A stretch of DNA of 63,927 nt, filler included, from Choristocarpus tenellus KU-1152 (lineage: Eukaryota; Protista; Phaeophyceae), in NCBI GenBank assembly GCA_964200185.2. It is 11 parts of 11 records of this genome, joined end to end, with 100 filler letters (N's around TTAATTAATTAA, not from the genome) between each part and the next. Parts side by side here need not be neighbours in the genome. Positions count along the whole stretch, not along the records: positions 50,456 to 54,254 come from CAXNAD020017860.1; positions 54,355 to 61,174 come from CAXNAD020007277.1; positions 61,275 to 63,927 come from CAXNAD020025940.1; 8 more parts are not named here. One strand, 5' to 3'. How positions within the stretch are numbered: the first letter of the stretch is position 1; each line of letters starts with the position of its first letter. Shown here one piece after another: positions 52,228-63,927 of this stretch. The translations under genes were made by a program, and so were the position numbers. Under the pieces are notes generated by a model. The model was not told where the DNA came from. It saw nothing but the letters and a program-made list of their open reading frames with translations, and did not search any database.

Positions 52228-52844
52228 TCTCTGGATTCAACACGGCAAGTCTTTCACGGAGCTCTTTTTCCTGAATCCCTTGGAGACTAGGACTGGGGAG
52301 GAGTATCTGGTGCCTTTCTCCTCTGAAGGGGTCGCTCCCCTCAGCTGTCCATTTCCATCACGAAGAACGGGCACACCCTGCAGTAAGGACGGGAAATGGA
52401 GGAGATAACGCAAAGATCAACTTATGTACACTGGGGGAAGGAGGGGAAGGAGGGGAAGGCGAGGATGTTGTGGAGGTCCGAGTGGCACCAACAATCAAGA
52501 GCCTATCACAGCAAAAACGAGAGGGCATGTGCAGCACAACCTTTGTCTCAATACACTCCTTTTGCAGCTGTGACTATTGGAAGGGAAATATAGCCGGTTT
52601 CCCCTTGATCGCATACGTCAAGTGCGGAGTTCTATTAAAAAAAAGATGGTACCAATGAGCAACACCCATCCACCTGAACCCCCCCCTTTCCCACCCTCTG
52701 AGACTTTTCACTAACCCCCAAAGTCTCCTGGGATGACGTATCCTTCATGGCAAACTTCCAGCGCTTCTTTGGGACAGAAGCGTGACCCTCTAGTGCCTTT
52801 GTCAGCTGCTCCGACTCCTCCTTTCGCTCCTCGATCGCTGCCAC
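52228..52844 (-). CDS. Possible exons of an uncharacterised protein
   Basis: AG|GTG GCA GCG ATC GAG... gives VAAIEERKEESEQLTKALEGHASVPKKRWKFAMKDTSSQETLG|GTTAGT, followed by a CTGCAG acceptor near 52379. The frame of the second exon is ambiguous and no family was recognised. Confidence 0.3.
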
Positions 52845-54380
52845 CTTACATACATATGAGACCAGTCAATGAATGCAGTTTCCGCACAAAAAATAAAAAA
52901 GTTACACTTCTTTCGAGTTTTTTTTTGGGGGGGGGCAGGGAGGAAACAACAGAGGACACGGCTACAGAAGCGAAGAGATCAGCACCTTCCAGCAGACAAT
53001 CTTTTCCTTTTTTTTTCTTCTTCACATAATGACGTATCTGCCCTCACACATTAAGAATCACTATCGATGCTTCAACTGGTATTACACACATTCCCATCAG
53101 TTAGGGTAAGGGCTGACGGGGAGATGCAGACCACCACCTTCCTCTTGAGCACAATATATATACTTTACTTCACGTTGGTAGCGATCATTTTTTTTTTTCC
53201 CATGAGATTGTTCAGCTGCCTGGCTGGATACCTCAATTGACGCTCCTCTCGTGCACGTACACTTTTTTTTTTGTCACAACAACAACAGCGCAACTCCAGG
53301 GGGGGAAGGGAGGGGTATGTGTCTAATCAAAGTATAAAAAACACAACTGTAAAAATGTAAAAAATATGTATGTAGATAACTGTCTCCTGCCGCGGATTGG
53401 ACCCCAAAAAACACGCAACTTCTAAAGACACCAAAACAATGAGACTGGTTCAACAGAAACAGCAATAGCATACAGGAACAATCGCATTAAGCAGAACATG
53501 AAGACAAGGTAGTATGAGGAGAGGAGTGGTTGAAAAGGGGTATTTTGCTCCAAATATGTGTTCGTACGGAACGGGGTATAAGAATCGGGCGTATATTTTA
53601 GTTGGGCTGTGTTGGACGATGCCCTTGGTGCCTCTTCATATTGTAGCAGGTATTGCTCTGTTGCGTAGGAAATTTCCTAGTGGAATCTTCATAAGCAAGT
53701 GACCTTGCGAGGCGTGGAACTCGTTGCAGATTCTAGGTCATAAGGGTCACGAGGGCCGGTCTTTCACGTGGGCTCTCAATCAGATGAATCTTTGTAACCT
53801 TAGTGCCTGCGGTGAATATATCCCACCTAAATTGGACTCATATCGGGACCATACTAACCTGAGGAATGGAGATCTGAGGGAAGGGGACATTCTACATCCT
53901 AACGCCGATGAACGCTTCACGACCCTGTGATGTGATGTGATGTGATGCGCTAGCAAAAAAATAAAGAAAAAATAACAAAAGTCTACCGAATAAATCCATG
54001 GATATCAAAGAAATTTTTTGGAAGGTTGAGAGGAAGGGGGTGCTGCAGCGCAGGCAGATAAACACCAAGCCGACCCTCGGGGGATACATTTTGTGGGCCT
54101 TTGGCCAAAAAGAGGTACCATTATTTGGTCACCAAGGAGCAGAAACAAGTCTGACGCGGTAGATGGCAGGGGGGTGTACCCCTGCTTTCCAGACAAAGGG
54201 GGGGGGGGGGGAAAAGTTTGCTATGTTTCAATTTTTCCTCGAACAAGTACCGGTNNNNNNNNNNNNNNNNNNNNNNNNNNNNNNNNNNNNNNNNNNNNTT
54301 AATTAATTAANNNNNNNNNNNNNNNNNNNNNNNNNNNNNNNNNNNNNNNNNNNNCCCCAGATAATTTGAGCCATATGCTG

Positions 54381-57300
54381 TCAAGCAAGAACAGACCCGG
54401 GATCAGCCATGGGAGCGTGCTGTCTCGTTTTTTGCTTTGCAATGAGAGCGGACGGCTTTTTCCTTGCGTCAGCTTTCCTGTGTGCATCCAGCTTGCGAAG
54501 CATCTCCCTGTGGCGCCTGTGGACGGATTTGCCATCTAGGCTGGTCAACAGATCCCCAGACCTTGCAATCGATCAGTTTGGGGTTAGGTAGGATCGAGGG
54601 AAACGTTTTAGGGATGAAGGAAGTAGGGAATTGGTGATGATAGTATGAAGACAAAAAAAAGAGGTGATTCACGTGGTGCTTTGGAGGTAGCCCCCAACCC
54701 TAACCCATCATTTTTACGTGTCATAGCTATGAAGCATATTTTTTTTTACTTTTTTGTTTACAATAGGACGGTAGGATGCATTTATTTTTTTCTCACTGGT
54801 GTATACAATACCCTATCATGTTTGGTCCCCTAACCCTATCACCAGAAGTTCTTCAGGTCCATGACCAAAATTTACACTCTTTTGCACCTTGGTAGATCAA
54901 CAACCTAATTGTCACAAATCCAAACATTTTCTTGCTTAAGAAAGGATAAAGAAGTATAATCTTTGCCAATGGAACAGAACGAACAAAATACAAAACATTT
55001 TTTTTCTTCTGTCTGTACTCTTCTTCTCATAGAAATTTCTGTTCTTTTTCTGCAGCAAAGTACTACCAGTAATTAATTGAGAGGTGAGGCGAAGCACTCC
55101 ATTCTTACGACTTCAGTCACCCCCTCCCAGCACTTCCATGGTTGCATTTTTATTGTCACAGAAATGGAGTGGATCTCTGTGCACACGTTTTGTTATCATT
55201 TTTCTTTATTGTGTCCTTGCTGTATGTGCATGCATATGTTGACCCTAACCCTAACCCATATACTCGATGGAGAGCCTCAATAAATATTGTTGAAGCTAGC
55301 TGACTCCGGCTCCTTGGCTGACTGAGTGATTGAGTAGTTGGCTGTCTGTTTTTTACACCTTATGTGCACTGACCCTAACCCTAAGTCTAACCCTAACCCT
55401 AAACCCGAGAAAAAGAATGATACAAGAGCAACATGTTCTGGGTCCTTCATTCCAGTGTGTGTGTGTGAGGTTGGACTACAGTTAATGGTTAGGGTTAGGG
55501 TTAGGTAAGTCCCGATAATGTCCCGTGGGGGGTCTGGCAACAGCGACCGCGACAGCTCTGGACACAACATTGCTTCTATTGAGAGTCTGTAGCGGTTTGT
55601 ACAACAAAAAATTTTATTTCATTCATTTTTCTTGAATCCCACAGGAACCATTTTTTATATTTCCAACCAGTTACTTAGCAAGTTTTTTTTTCCATAGAAG
55701 TATGTTCACAGGCTGGCGGCCAACTATACTTGAAATGTTGGGAGAGCAGCGTGATGCTCTGCATCTACTCTGAGCGGTATAGTCCTTTCCACATATACTG
55801 TTGAGTCAAATTATCTTAGAGGGTAGAGCCCCGTCCATTTGGGGGTCAGAATCCAATGTTGCGATTTTGATGTGATTTTGGCTATCATGTTTGTTAGGAG
55901 ATATCAATATCCTTGTTCTGAACACTACTTTTCATAAAATATACATTTTACCTACTCCAAAACATTTTGGAGTAGGTAAAATGTCAATAAAAACTCGTGA
56001 GAAGCCAAGTCCCAAATGGACAGAGAGGGTAAAACTCGTACCCTCTGAGATAATTTCATTCTGTTGGCATTTTTTTCCTTAGTCATACCGTACAACTGAC
56101 TCAACCCTAACCCTGATGTAAAACACTGTTTTCTCAATTCTTCCCCTAACCCTAGCCCTAAACTTTACGTCAATCCATAGGAGCTATTGTACATTGTGTG
56201 TATTTGCGAGTAGCCCTGTATTATGCATAGTGCGCTTTGAATGAGTGCATATGTGGATTTTTGAGGCTAAACGTATCTGAGGGGGGATGGTGGCTGTCCA
56301 TTCGGGGTCCACTTTTCCATGCCACGAGTTTTGGGTGAATTGGTTGCATGCGTTGGATGGATAATGTAGGTGCACCTTTCCTGGTCAGGGTCCGAATGGA
56401 CACACTGGTGTAGACCCCCACTCACCCCCACCCCCCAGATCTAATACTCTATGAGTACAACCCACCCTCTCTTAGAGGGGGTGTCAATGATGACCTCCTA
56501 TCCTTTTAGCACTCTGAATGGTGATTTCAAACTTACGTGGATGAATGCTTGTCTTATCTTAAACAGCCACAGCTTCCTAGCGGTCAGGGTTGGCTACATC
56601 TCAGGCATGGAAATGGGATGTTAGGGGTAGGAACAAAAGCCTCTAAACATTCAGAACGGCCTCAATGGATCGATAGAGTGACTCTTACCCTAGAGTGAAA
56701 GTATCTTAGAGGGTACGAGTTTTGCCCTGTTTGTCCATTTGGGGCTTGGCTTCCCATGGGGTTTTTATGATATTTTGCCTACTCCAAAATGTTTCCGAGT
56801 AGGTTATATGTTTATGTTATGAAATGGTGTATCCGGAACAAGGATACTGACACTTCCTAATAAATACGACGGAAAAAATTACATGGAAATTGCAACATTG
56901 GATTTTGGCCCCCAAATGAACGCGGCCCTACCCTCTAAGATAATTTGACTCCTAAAGCTTGAGATTTGAGGGTATTGGGACAGGCTATTGTTGTACTTTT
57001 ATTATTGTGCCTTGAAGAATTAAAAATAGTGTGCTATTGACTGTAGCCTAGAAACCTTGTGAGACTAGATAAACAATCACAAAATGGACTGAGGTTGCAC
57101 TCACAAGGAGGATGCAGGTGAAACAGAGCGTTGGCGATGATGAGAGCAACCGTTGTTTCAAGTGTTTCCACTTACTCCATGTTGTGAGTGACTATAGTCA
57201 CTGAAATGGCAACCGAGAATGGACATATGGTAGTGAGACCTACTTGAATAAGAACCTGAGCGCTCTAGAGTGGTTCCAAAGGAAAGAAGAAGCAGAACAA

Positions 57301-60300
57301 AAAATAATGATACCATTAATATATACAAAATAGAGTAGAAAAATATACTCCAGGGTACATAATATATGTAACGCTTGTATTAATTTTAAAAATCTGAATT
57401 CATCGTTATACCACAATATAGCACTGCTACACTTTGTTGTACTGTAGCAGGACTTGGGGTTAGGATTCACGGGAGACAACAGTTACATCAGTGGGATCGC
57501 TTGTGGCTCAAAATATCTGGGGGAGGGGCGGCAGATGTCCATTCGGGGCCCGTATTTCCACGTCGCGATTTATGGGTGAATTTGGTTGCATGCGCCGGAT
57601 GGTTAATTTAAGTGCACTTTTCTTGATCAGGGCCCGAATGGACACCCTGGTGTAGACCCCCCTGCCCCCCTCAGATACTTTGAGCCTGTATACTTTGAGC
57701 CTATACTGCAAGTGACATGTTGCATTGAGCCAGCAGGAGGACATTCTGTACGCCCTGAATCTCCTTATCGAAACTATCTTCATCTCAATTCCGTAGAGTA
57801 ACCCTAACCCTCAATGATTTATGATTGATCGCCACATTGAAGGTGCAGGGGCGACTAAACATGCTACGTAAAATAACAATCAATAAATAATAAATAATGC
57901 ACAATAAAAATGTACCTGGTGACAGCCTTCTCAAAGTACTTGGGTTGCTGGCACACAGGGTTGTTCCTCAGGTCACACTCTTCGAGAAACTCCAAGGCTG
58001 TGACAAAATCCACCACCTGGAAGAGCAAGAAACAGGTCTGCTTCAGTACATACTTTCTTTGGAGTGCAGTACCTGGCTGCTTCAAGGAACTCTCACCTAA
58101 TGAATGGTTACCATTGAGTATAACTGTCAATGCCAACACTCAACCTCGGACAAGGAAACATGAGTTCGTTCACTTCGTACCATTGTCACAACCTAGTGAG
58201 CATGGACCACCAGTGTTCATAGTCTGAAAGTATGTGTACGTTTGTTTTCCCCAGCAGGAATTTCCGGCTTATTTGAATATGTAACTCATTTTAGTCCTTC
58301 TGCATACCTGCTCCATGTTAGCATCATTTTTTCCAACTACTGCTTCCACCTTCCCCACAGAGGCAGCATAGACTTGTAGGAAATTTATCAATCGCTTTCC
58401 ACAACCACAGTGAAGTACTTTGCATTGTTTACCGTAGTGAATATGTATATATATATAGAGTTAGGGTTAGAGCTAGGGTTATGGTTACGGTCAGGATCAT
58501 GGCGTTATTTTTTTGCTACAATCTGCAGGCTACACGCCCAACTGTATCTCGCTGACATTTCTTCAAATCAACAAGGCTGCATGTGCCATCCAACCCACCC
58601 AAGGCACTACCAACCTCTATAATATCATTTACTTCTCCGATACACACACCACATTGAAATGATTTTACTTTAGATAGAGTCAATGCTGCTGTCCAAAGTC
58701 TTTTTGCAGGGTTTATTTTGCTGCTCCTGTTATTATTGTTGAGCAAAGATTTGTTAATTATCAATAATATGATATATACTTGTATGTGTATATGGAGTGA
58801 ATCTTCTTGAATCTTCTTGAATCTTCTTGAATCTTCAACACAAAGGTCTTCTTCCGTGTAATGGGATCTTGACATCATTCCAAATAATTGTGAGATTGCT
58901 TTTGCACAACATGTCTGAACCTAACCCTATCCCTGGATTGCCTGCAGCATGCAAGCAAAAACGACCTGTTTTTTTCTTCTTGAGTCACAGCAGTGGCTGT
59001 CCTATGGGTCAAAACTTACTAGTTTTCTTATGACAAGAAACTTCTCCGAAAAGAAGTATCGCTATCAGTAAATGTGTCTAACTGTCATCCCCTTGGACCA
59101 ACTATTTGGAGGAAAAGGAGAGGGAACTATAACACTTCTGTTCTATACACAGGCACATTGCACCAATCCTAACCCTAACCTCTTAGTGATGGTGGATCAT
59201 TCTAGTGTTATATTATGATTTGTGAAAACTGCATATTTGAAGAGCTTGAAGTTAGTTGCCTGTGCCATATTCTTGAGTTGATTATTGGCTAGGGAGAGCT
59301 TCTGCAGTCTGTGAAGGTCCAGCAGAGTCTCCATATCGTCCTCTGTCATGCCATTGTCAGATGCATTAAGCACCCGCAGTGAATCCTGTTGAAGTTTAGA
59401 GTTAGGGTTATGCTTTTATATTTATGTATTTATTCTATATGCAGACACTGGATGTATCATAAAAACATCCTAGTCGATCTAATATCGAAGATTGTGTTAG
59501 GTGCCTGGAAGGCTAGGGGAGGGGGGCTGACAACATCACCCCCAAGGAGTAAGTTATGAAGTTATTTTAATCCTTAACCCTATCGCTAAGGCTCAAAGTA
59601 TCTGGGGGGGGGTCTACACCAGGTTGTCCATTCGAAACCTGACCAGGAAAAGTGCACTTACATTATTCATCCGATGCATGCAACCAAATCACACAAGAAA
59701 TGTGACATGGAGAAACAAGCCCTGAATGGACAGTCGCCACACACCCCAGATACTATGAGCCCTCACCCCCTAACTCTAACTTTAACCCTAACCATAACCT
59801 TAACTCAATACTTATGAACACACACAAACCTTATCTTCAGGAGTCTCTTGGTTGAGCTCGACTCCTATCCCTAAATCTAACCCTAATCCGAGAATGAAAT
59901 ATCCTCAGAAAGCACAGGTACATTGCGTTTTTTAACCATAGGGAAAAAAAAGAATTGAACCTGTTTCTCCTTGTCCTTGCTATGTTGTGCTAAATTAAGT
60001 GAACAAAAAATTGAATGTCAATTGCTGCTTTTCAACCCTTTTTCACACCTTTATCCCGTGGATTGATGCCTCATCAAATCTTAGATTTGTTCCCACTGGG
60101 AGATGCTGGCCTGCCACATGAAGTTCCTCCAGGCATTCTGCCGACTCGAGACCGCACACCCATGAGATTTTGTTTCCGTTGAGGAATCTGAATAAAAGAT
60201 TCATTAAAAAAAATCTGCACATGAGAGACCTATTCCGACGAACATGTTACAAAAGGAAAAAAACCTACTAAAATAGGATTGAAACAGGTACGGGATTGAA

Positions 60301-61046
60301 AAAATATATCTTAGGGTTAGGGTTAGACCATGGAGTGGTGCGGCCTGGAGGGATCAAGAAGGGCGCATTCAAGCAGTAACCATGCACCTTTGATCTCCTA
60401 AAAACGAAACAGACACTATACAGATCTGGACTTTGGGTCAGAGGCATGAGCAGATTGACAAGTTTGTTTATCCCAGAGGCACCACCAATGATGATGTTCC
60501 TACTGCTGCCAAAAAAAGAAAAAATAACAAAGAGATCTGACAGGCCTGGAGCTGCCTTTCTGTAAGTACAGGCAGGAGATATAGTGATCACAATAACCAA
60601 CACAAAGGCGCAGTACTTGAGCTCAAGATATGATTGGTCAAGGTAAAGTACTTTAGTCCTGCTGTTTTGTTTCATGACCAGAACACTTACCCAGGAACAC
60701 TGATTATAGACGTCAGGAAGAAGATCTAAGAAGTCCTAACCCTAACCTAACCCTAACCCTAACACCACCACTGCAACAATACTCGAAAACATCTATCACT
60801 AATCTTTAGCTAACGAATACATCTGCAGCACAATTGAGGAATGCTTTGAAAAGTGCAAAAAAAGCCCAGCTCAATTTTTTGTGTGATAACTCGAGATAGT
60901 ATCTCTTACAGTTTCAAGAGGCGTTGGCATGGGATAGCGTCTTGCATGGTGGTGATGATGTTGTTCTCGAGGTATAGCTGTTCCAGATACCGCAAGCGTT
61001 TCAGACAGGTAATGTCTGAAATACTGTTTTCGTAGAGGTAGAGCAC
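54381..61046 (-). CDS. PPP1R42: Leucine-rich repeat protein PPP1R42/LRRC67-like; last five exons (5' end missing)
   Basis: Phase-consistent exons 61046-60910, 60187-60049, 59385-59260 (GC donor), 58016-57916 and 54561-54381 (TGA): VLYLYENSISDI...LEQLYLENNII / LFLNGNKI...LEELHVAGQHLPVGTNLRFD / DSLRVLNASDN / CDLRNNPVCQQPKY / LTSLDGKSV. ELHVxxQxLPxGxxLxFD and NPVCxxPKY are characteristic of this family. Confidence 0.88.
55803..56061. mobile_element. MITE family B, complete copy
   Basis: GAGTCAAATTATCTTAGAGGGTA...TACCCTCTGAGATAATTTCATTC, perfect TSD TGTT. Confidence 0.9.
56265..56440. mobile_element. MITE family A copy (reverse), right terminus clipped
   Basis: GGCTAAACGTATCTGAGGGG...AATGGACACACTGGTGTAGACCCC...CCCCAGAT. 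Confidence 0.8.
56693..56951. mobile_element. MITE family B, complete copy, inverted relative to 55803-56061
   Basis: GAGTGAAAGTATCTTAGAGGGTACGAG...TACCCTCTAAGATAATTTGACTC, flanks CTA/CTA. Confidence 0.9.
57505..57686. mobile_element. MITE family A, complete copy (reverse)
   Basis: GGCTCAAAATATCTGGGG...TCAGATACTTTGAGCC, flanks TGT/TGT, followed by a short duplication of the terminus. Confidence 0.88.
59590..59761. mobile_element. MITE family A, complete copy
   Basis: GGCTCAAAGTATCTGGGG...CCCCAGATACTATGAGCC, flanks CTAA/CTCA. Confidence 0.88.
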
Positions 61047-61117
61047 CTGGGGTGTAGGTGTACAGGAGTCATTGTCAGTATTTGATATCAACAAATGATA
61101 AGGATAATAAAAATAAA

Positions 61118-61174
61118 GAGCCAAAGTATCTTAGAGGGTAGAGCCGCGTCCATTTGGGGATAAAAATACAATGT
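61118..61174. mobile_element. MITE family B fragment at contig end
   Basis: GAGCCAAAGTATCTTAGAGGGTAGAGCCGCGTCCATTTGGGG. Confidence 0.85.
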
Positions 61175-61274
61175 NNNNNNNNNNNNNNNNNNNNNNNNNN
61201 NNNNNNNNNNNNNNNNNNTTAATTAATTAANNNNNNNNNNNNNNNNNNNNNNNNNNNNNNNNNNNNNNNNNNNN

Positions 61275-61341
61275 CCACGGGAAGCCAAGTTCCAAATGGA
61301 CAAACAGGGCAAAACTCGTACCCTCTAAGATACTTTCACTC
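61275..61341. mobile_element. MITE family B fragment at contig start
   Basis: ...CAAATGGACAAACAGGGCAAAACTCGTACCCTCTAAGATACTTTCACTC. Confidence 0.85.
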
Positions 61342-62307
61342 TCATGCGTATACATGTACTTATCTGTAAGCATTATCAGACACTGTGCATGATCGCACAC
61401 TACGACCCACATGGAATTGATAATCCTTTCTGGAGATCTAACACAATGGCAACTGTCCTCGGTTTTTCAACAATACGTCCTCACACATTCCGTGCACAAG
61501 CACAAATCGAACAACAATAGCATTCTTCCGCTTCATCACACAATCTCCAGCATGGTTTAGTGGAACCAAACACCAAAATGTTACACTCTATATCCTGCCA
61601 TGCAACAAACAAATTATATCCTATACACGTATGTGCGGCAATGCACACACACTACAACGCCACCAGGCCTAGTAAACCTTTTTTTGTGTGGTGCATATGC
61701 CCGTAAGACCTGTCACCGACCCTAACCTCCTCACAAAATCATTGCAACGAACAACACCAAACAACAGCTTCTGTAAGTGTTTCTGTTTGTGATAAGCAAA
61801 ATGCCGTACGCCACCAATTATGCATACAGCTAGTATTACCTACGCACATCTTTTCGCTTACATGACTTGCACTAACGAACACAGACACATGGACACAAAC
61901 ACATGTGCCAAACCTGAACATCCAATCTGTTGTTTTTAATACACACCATATTTCGTGCCGTAAACTTTCACCTCTTTACGTTTTACGCTCTCTCTCACGC
62001 TTACTGTTCGAAATACATCTTCAGAATGTGTTGTTCATTCTCATAACTTCCTCTAGTGTCTAATCACATCCACATATACAACATCTGGGGGCATTTGGCA
62101 CTCAGACGCGTCTTCTTAAACACATCTTATCACCAACCGAGCCATCACAAAATATCCCTAAGATCTTGCGGGGAGTAATACTTAGAGAGAGGATTTTCAT
62201 CAACAGGATTATCTCTCCTACAATCCACACACGAACGCAACATCTAAGACAGTAGCCTGCATATAAGAAATGGGCTTCAAATGTTCACTTGTTCCAAGTA
62301 ATGTTTT

Positions 62308-62862
62308 GACCCAAAGTATATGGGGCGTGGGGTGGGGGGGTCTACACCAGGGTGTCCATTTTGGGCGATGGGGTGAAAGTATCTTAGAGGGTACGAGTTT
62401 TCCCATATTTGTACATTTGCGGCTTGGCTTCCCACGGTTTTTTTATAACATTTTCCTATCCAAAAATGGTTCAGAGTAGGTAAAATGTGTATGATATTAA
62501 AAGGTGTGTCCAGAATAAGGATATCGACACTTCGTAACAAACACGATAGTCAAAATTAAATCAAAATCACAACATTAAATTTTTAATTTTGATCCGCTAA
62601 TAACAGCCGATTTATATCGACACTTTATCCCAGTCAATTTTGGCTCAAGCCCCCATCCTCAATGAAAAGCTCCATCCTCAATTTTTGAAATCGTCTGTTT
62701 AATGGACGCAGCTCTACCCTCTCAGATACTTTGACTCGATGACCAGGAAAAATGCACATACATTATCCATCCGATGTATGCAATTAAATTACACAAAAAA
62801 TTGCGACACGAAAAATTGATCCCAAATGGACAGCCGCCACCCCCCCCGAGATACTTTGAGTC
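62308..62862. mobile_element. MITE family A copy split by a nested family B copy (62371-62737)
   Basis: Family A left arm 62308-62370 and right arm 62738-62862. The inner element GGGTGAAAGTATCTTAGAGGG...CCCTCTCAGATACTTTGACTC has a perfect TSD GATG. Confidence 0.88.
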
Positions 62863-63927
62863 TTTCTTCCAAAGTCCCCTACCCGACAAACTACACAAAG
62901 CCTACATCAACCCCCTGTACCATAAGGTACTCTCAGCCGTCACACTCATATATATCTGTGTAGACTAATACTCACACATTTACACACACACTAAAACAAA
63001 AGATGTTTTCCTCGCTTCCACGAAATCACACAACACTCTTCTTTCGAAAGAAGTGGGTTTCGCTGTGTAAAAAGGCACAACCAAATCGTATCCTATATAT
63101 CAAATAGTTTCCGCACACTGGGTTACAAATACTTTGATTTCCGTGACATTCCCTCTTTCCAGACAATCCTTATCCTCCATAATCTACCCTTCACCTTGGT
63201 GTTCTTTTCCATCCTTACAAGTCTCCCCTCCCCTCCAACGAGACTGATCGATTCTCATAATATAGATATTTCCAAATTTTGGGAAAATGCCTTAATTTCA
63301 TTTGGGTACTAAGTAGTCGAACCTGTGAACAAACCTACACCCACGTTCAATGTTGTAGACAACAACGCTTCATGTACATGCACAAACGTCCATCGTTACA
63401 CCATGCATACTTTTTTCATTTATCATTAGCAAAAACAAATATATGTACATGTAGTTGATTCCAAACGGAGGAAGCGCATATAATATCATGCTTGTTGAAA
63501 TGTTGCAGGGATTATCATGTATAACAAATAGGGAATAAAATGGGAAGAACTGTGAAACAGATGGAAACAAGCCGACCAGTCCTCCACAATGAAGGGGAGT
63601 GGGGGAAGACCCACAGGAGGCAAGGAAAAGGAGAGAGACAAGTCAAGAGGGAGAGCAATCCCTCAGAAGATCACTCAGGAATGGAATGAACAAGTGGTAA
63701 GTGAATGCGGGGGTTTTGCAAGGTCCCCCCAAACCGCCCGCAATTTAGTTCAAAGCAGATGTTACCTTCAACATACACAAACAAATGTCGTATGAATATC
63801 AGATTCTTAAAGATAGGTCACTTTCAAGGTAGACCTTTTTTTGGAACACGGCTCTCACATCACACCCCCCCCCCCCCATATGTGATTTGTTGCAGGTATC
63901 AGAATGACACAGGTGTCAATGGGAAAT

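Noticed and set aside
61118-61341. MITE B halves on either side of the last linker as one element joining two contigs
   Set aside because: Orientation is compatible but the flanks differ (TAAA versus TCAT), so there is no shared TSD.
1-63927. Treating the Agd3-like, TPR, MCTS1, PWWP and PPP1R42 genes as a cluster
   Set aside because: They lie on different contigs joined by artificial linkers.
63589-63927. Exon-like segment with a GTAAGT donor and a downstream TTGCAG acceptor
   Set aside because: Frame and acceptor are ambiguous and no family was recognised.

Overview
Eukaryotic DNA, and not one locus. The window is 11 unrelated contigs joined by artificial 100-bp linkers (44 N + TTAATTAATTAA + 44 N), so adjacency across linkers means nothing. 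Many short GT/GC-AG exons, interstitial TTAGGG tracts and the gene content suggest an intron-rich stramenopile such as a brown alga (inference). The main result, invisible in the ORF track, is a complete 20-exon, phase-consistent gene (21199-29722, +, about 826 aa). It has a signal peptide and the full motif series of the fungal galactosaminogalactan deacetylase Agd3 (CAZy CE18), plus a Cys-rich insertion, which points to a possible deacetylated amino-sugar extracellular polysaccharide system outside fungi. Partial spliced genes: PPP1R42/LRRC67, MCTS1, a PWWP-domain protein, and the TPR C-terminus of a probable MidA/DUF185-type methyltransferase. Mobile DNA: two related MITE families (G-G/A-N-N-CAAAGTATCT-type termini, 3-4 bp TSDs, one nested in the other), a DD40D plant-mariner-like transposase pseudogene split by a solo LTR, more copies of that LTR, and decayed Copia and Gypsy pieces. 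No rRNA, tRNA or CRISPR was recognised. All family assignments come from recalled motifs read by eye; no database search was run.
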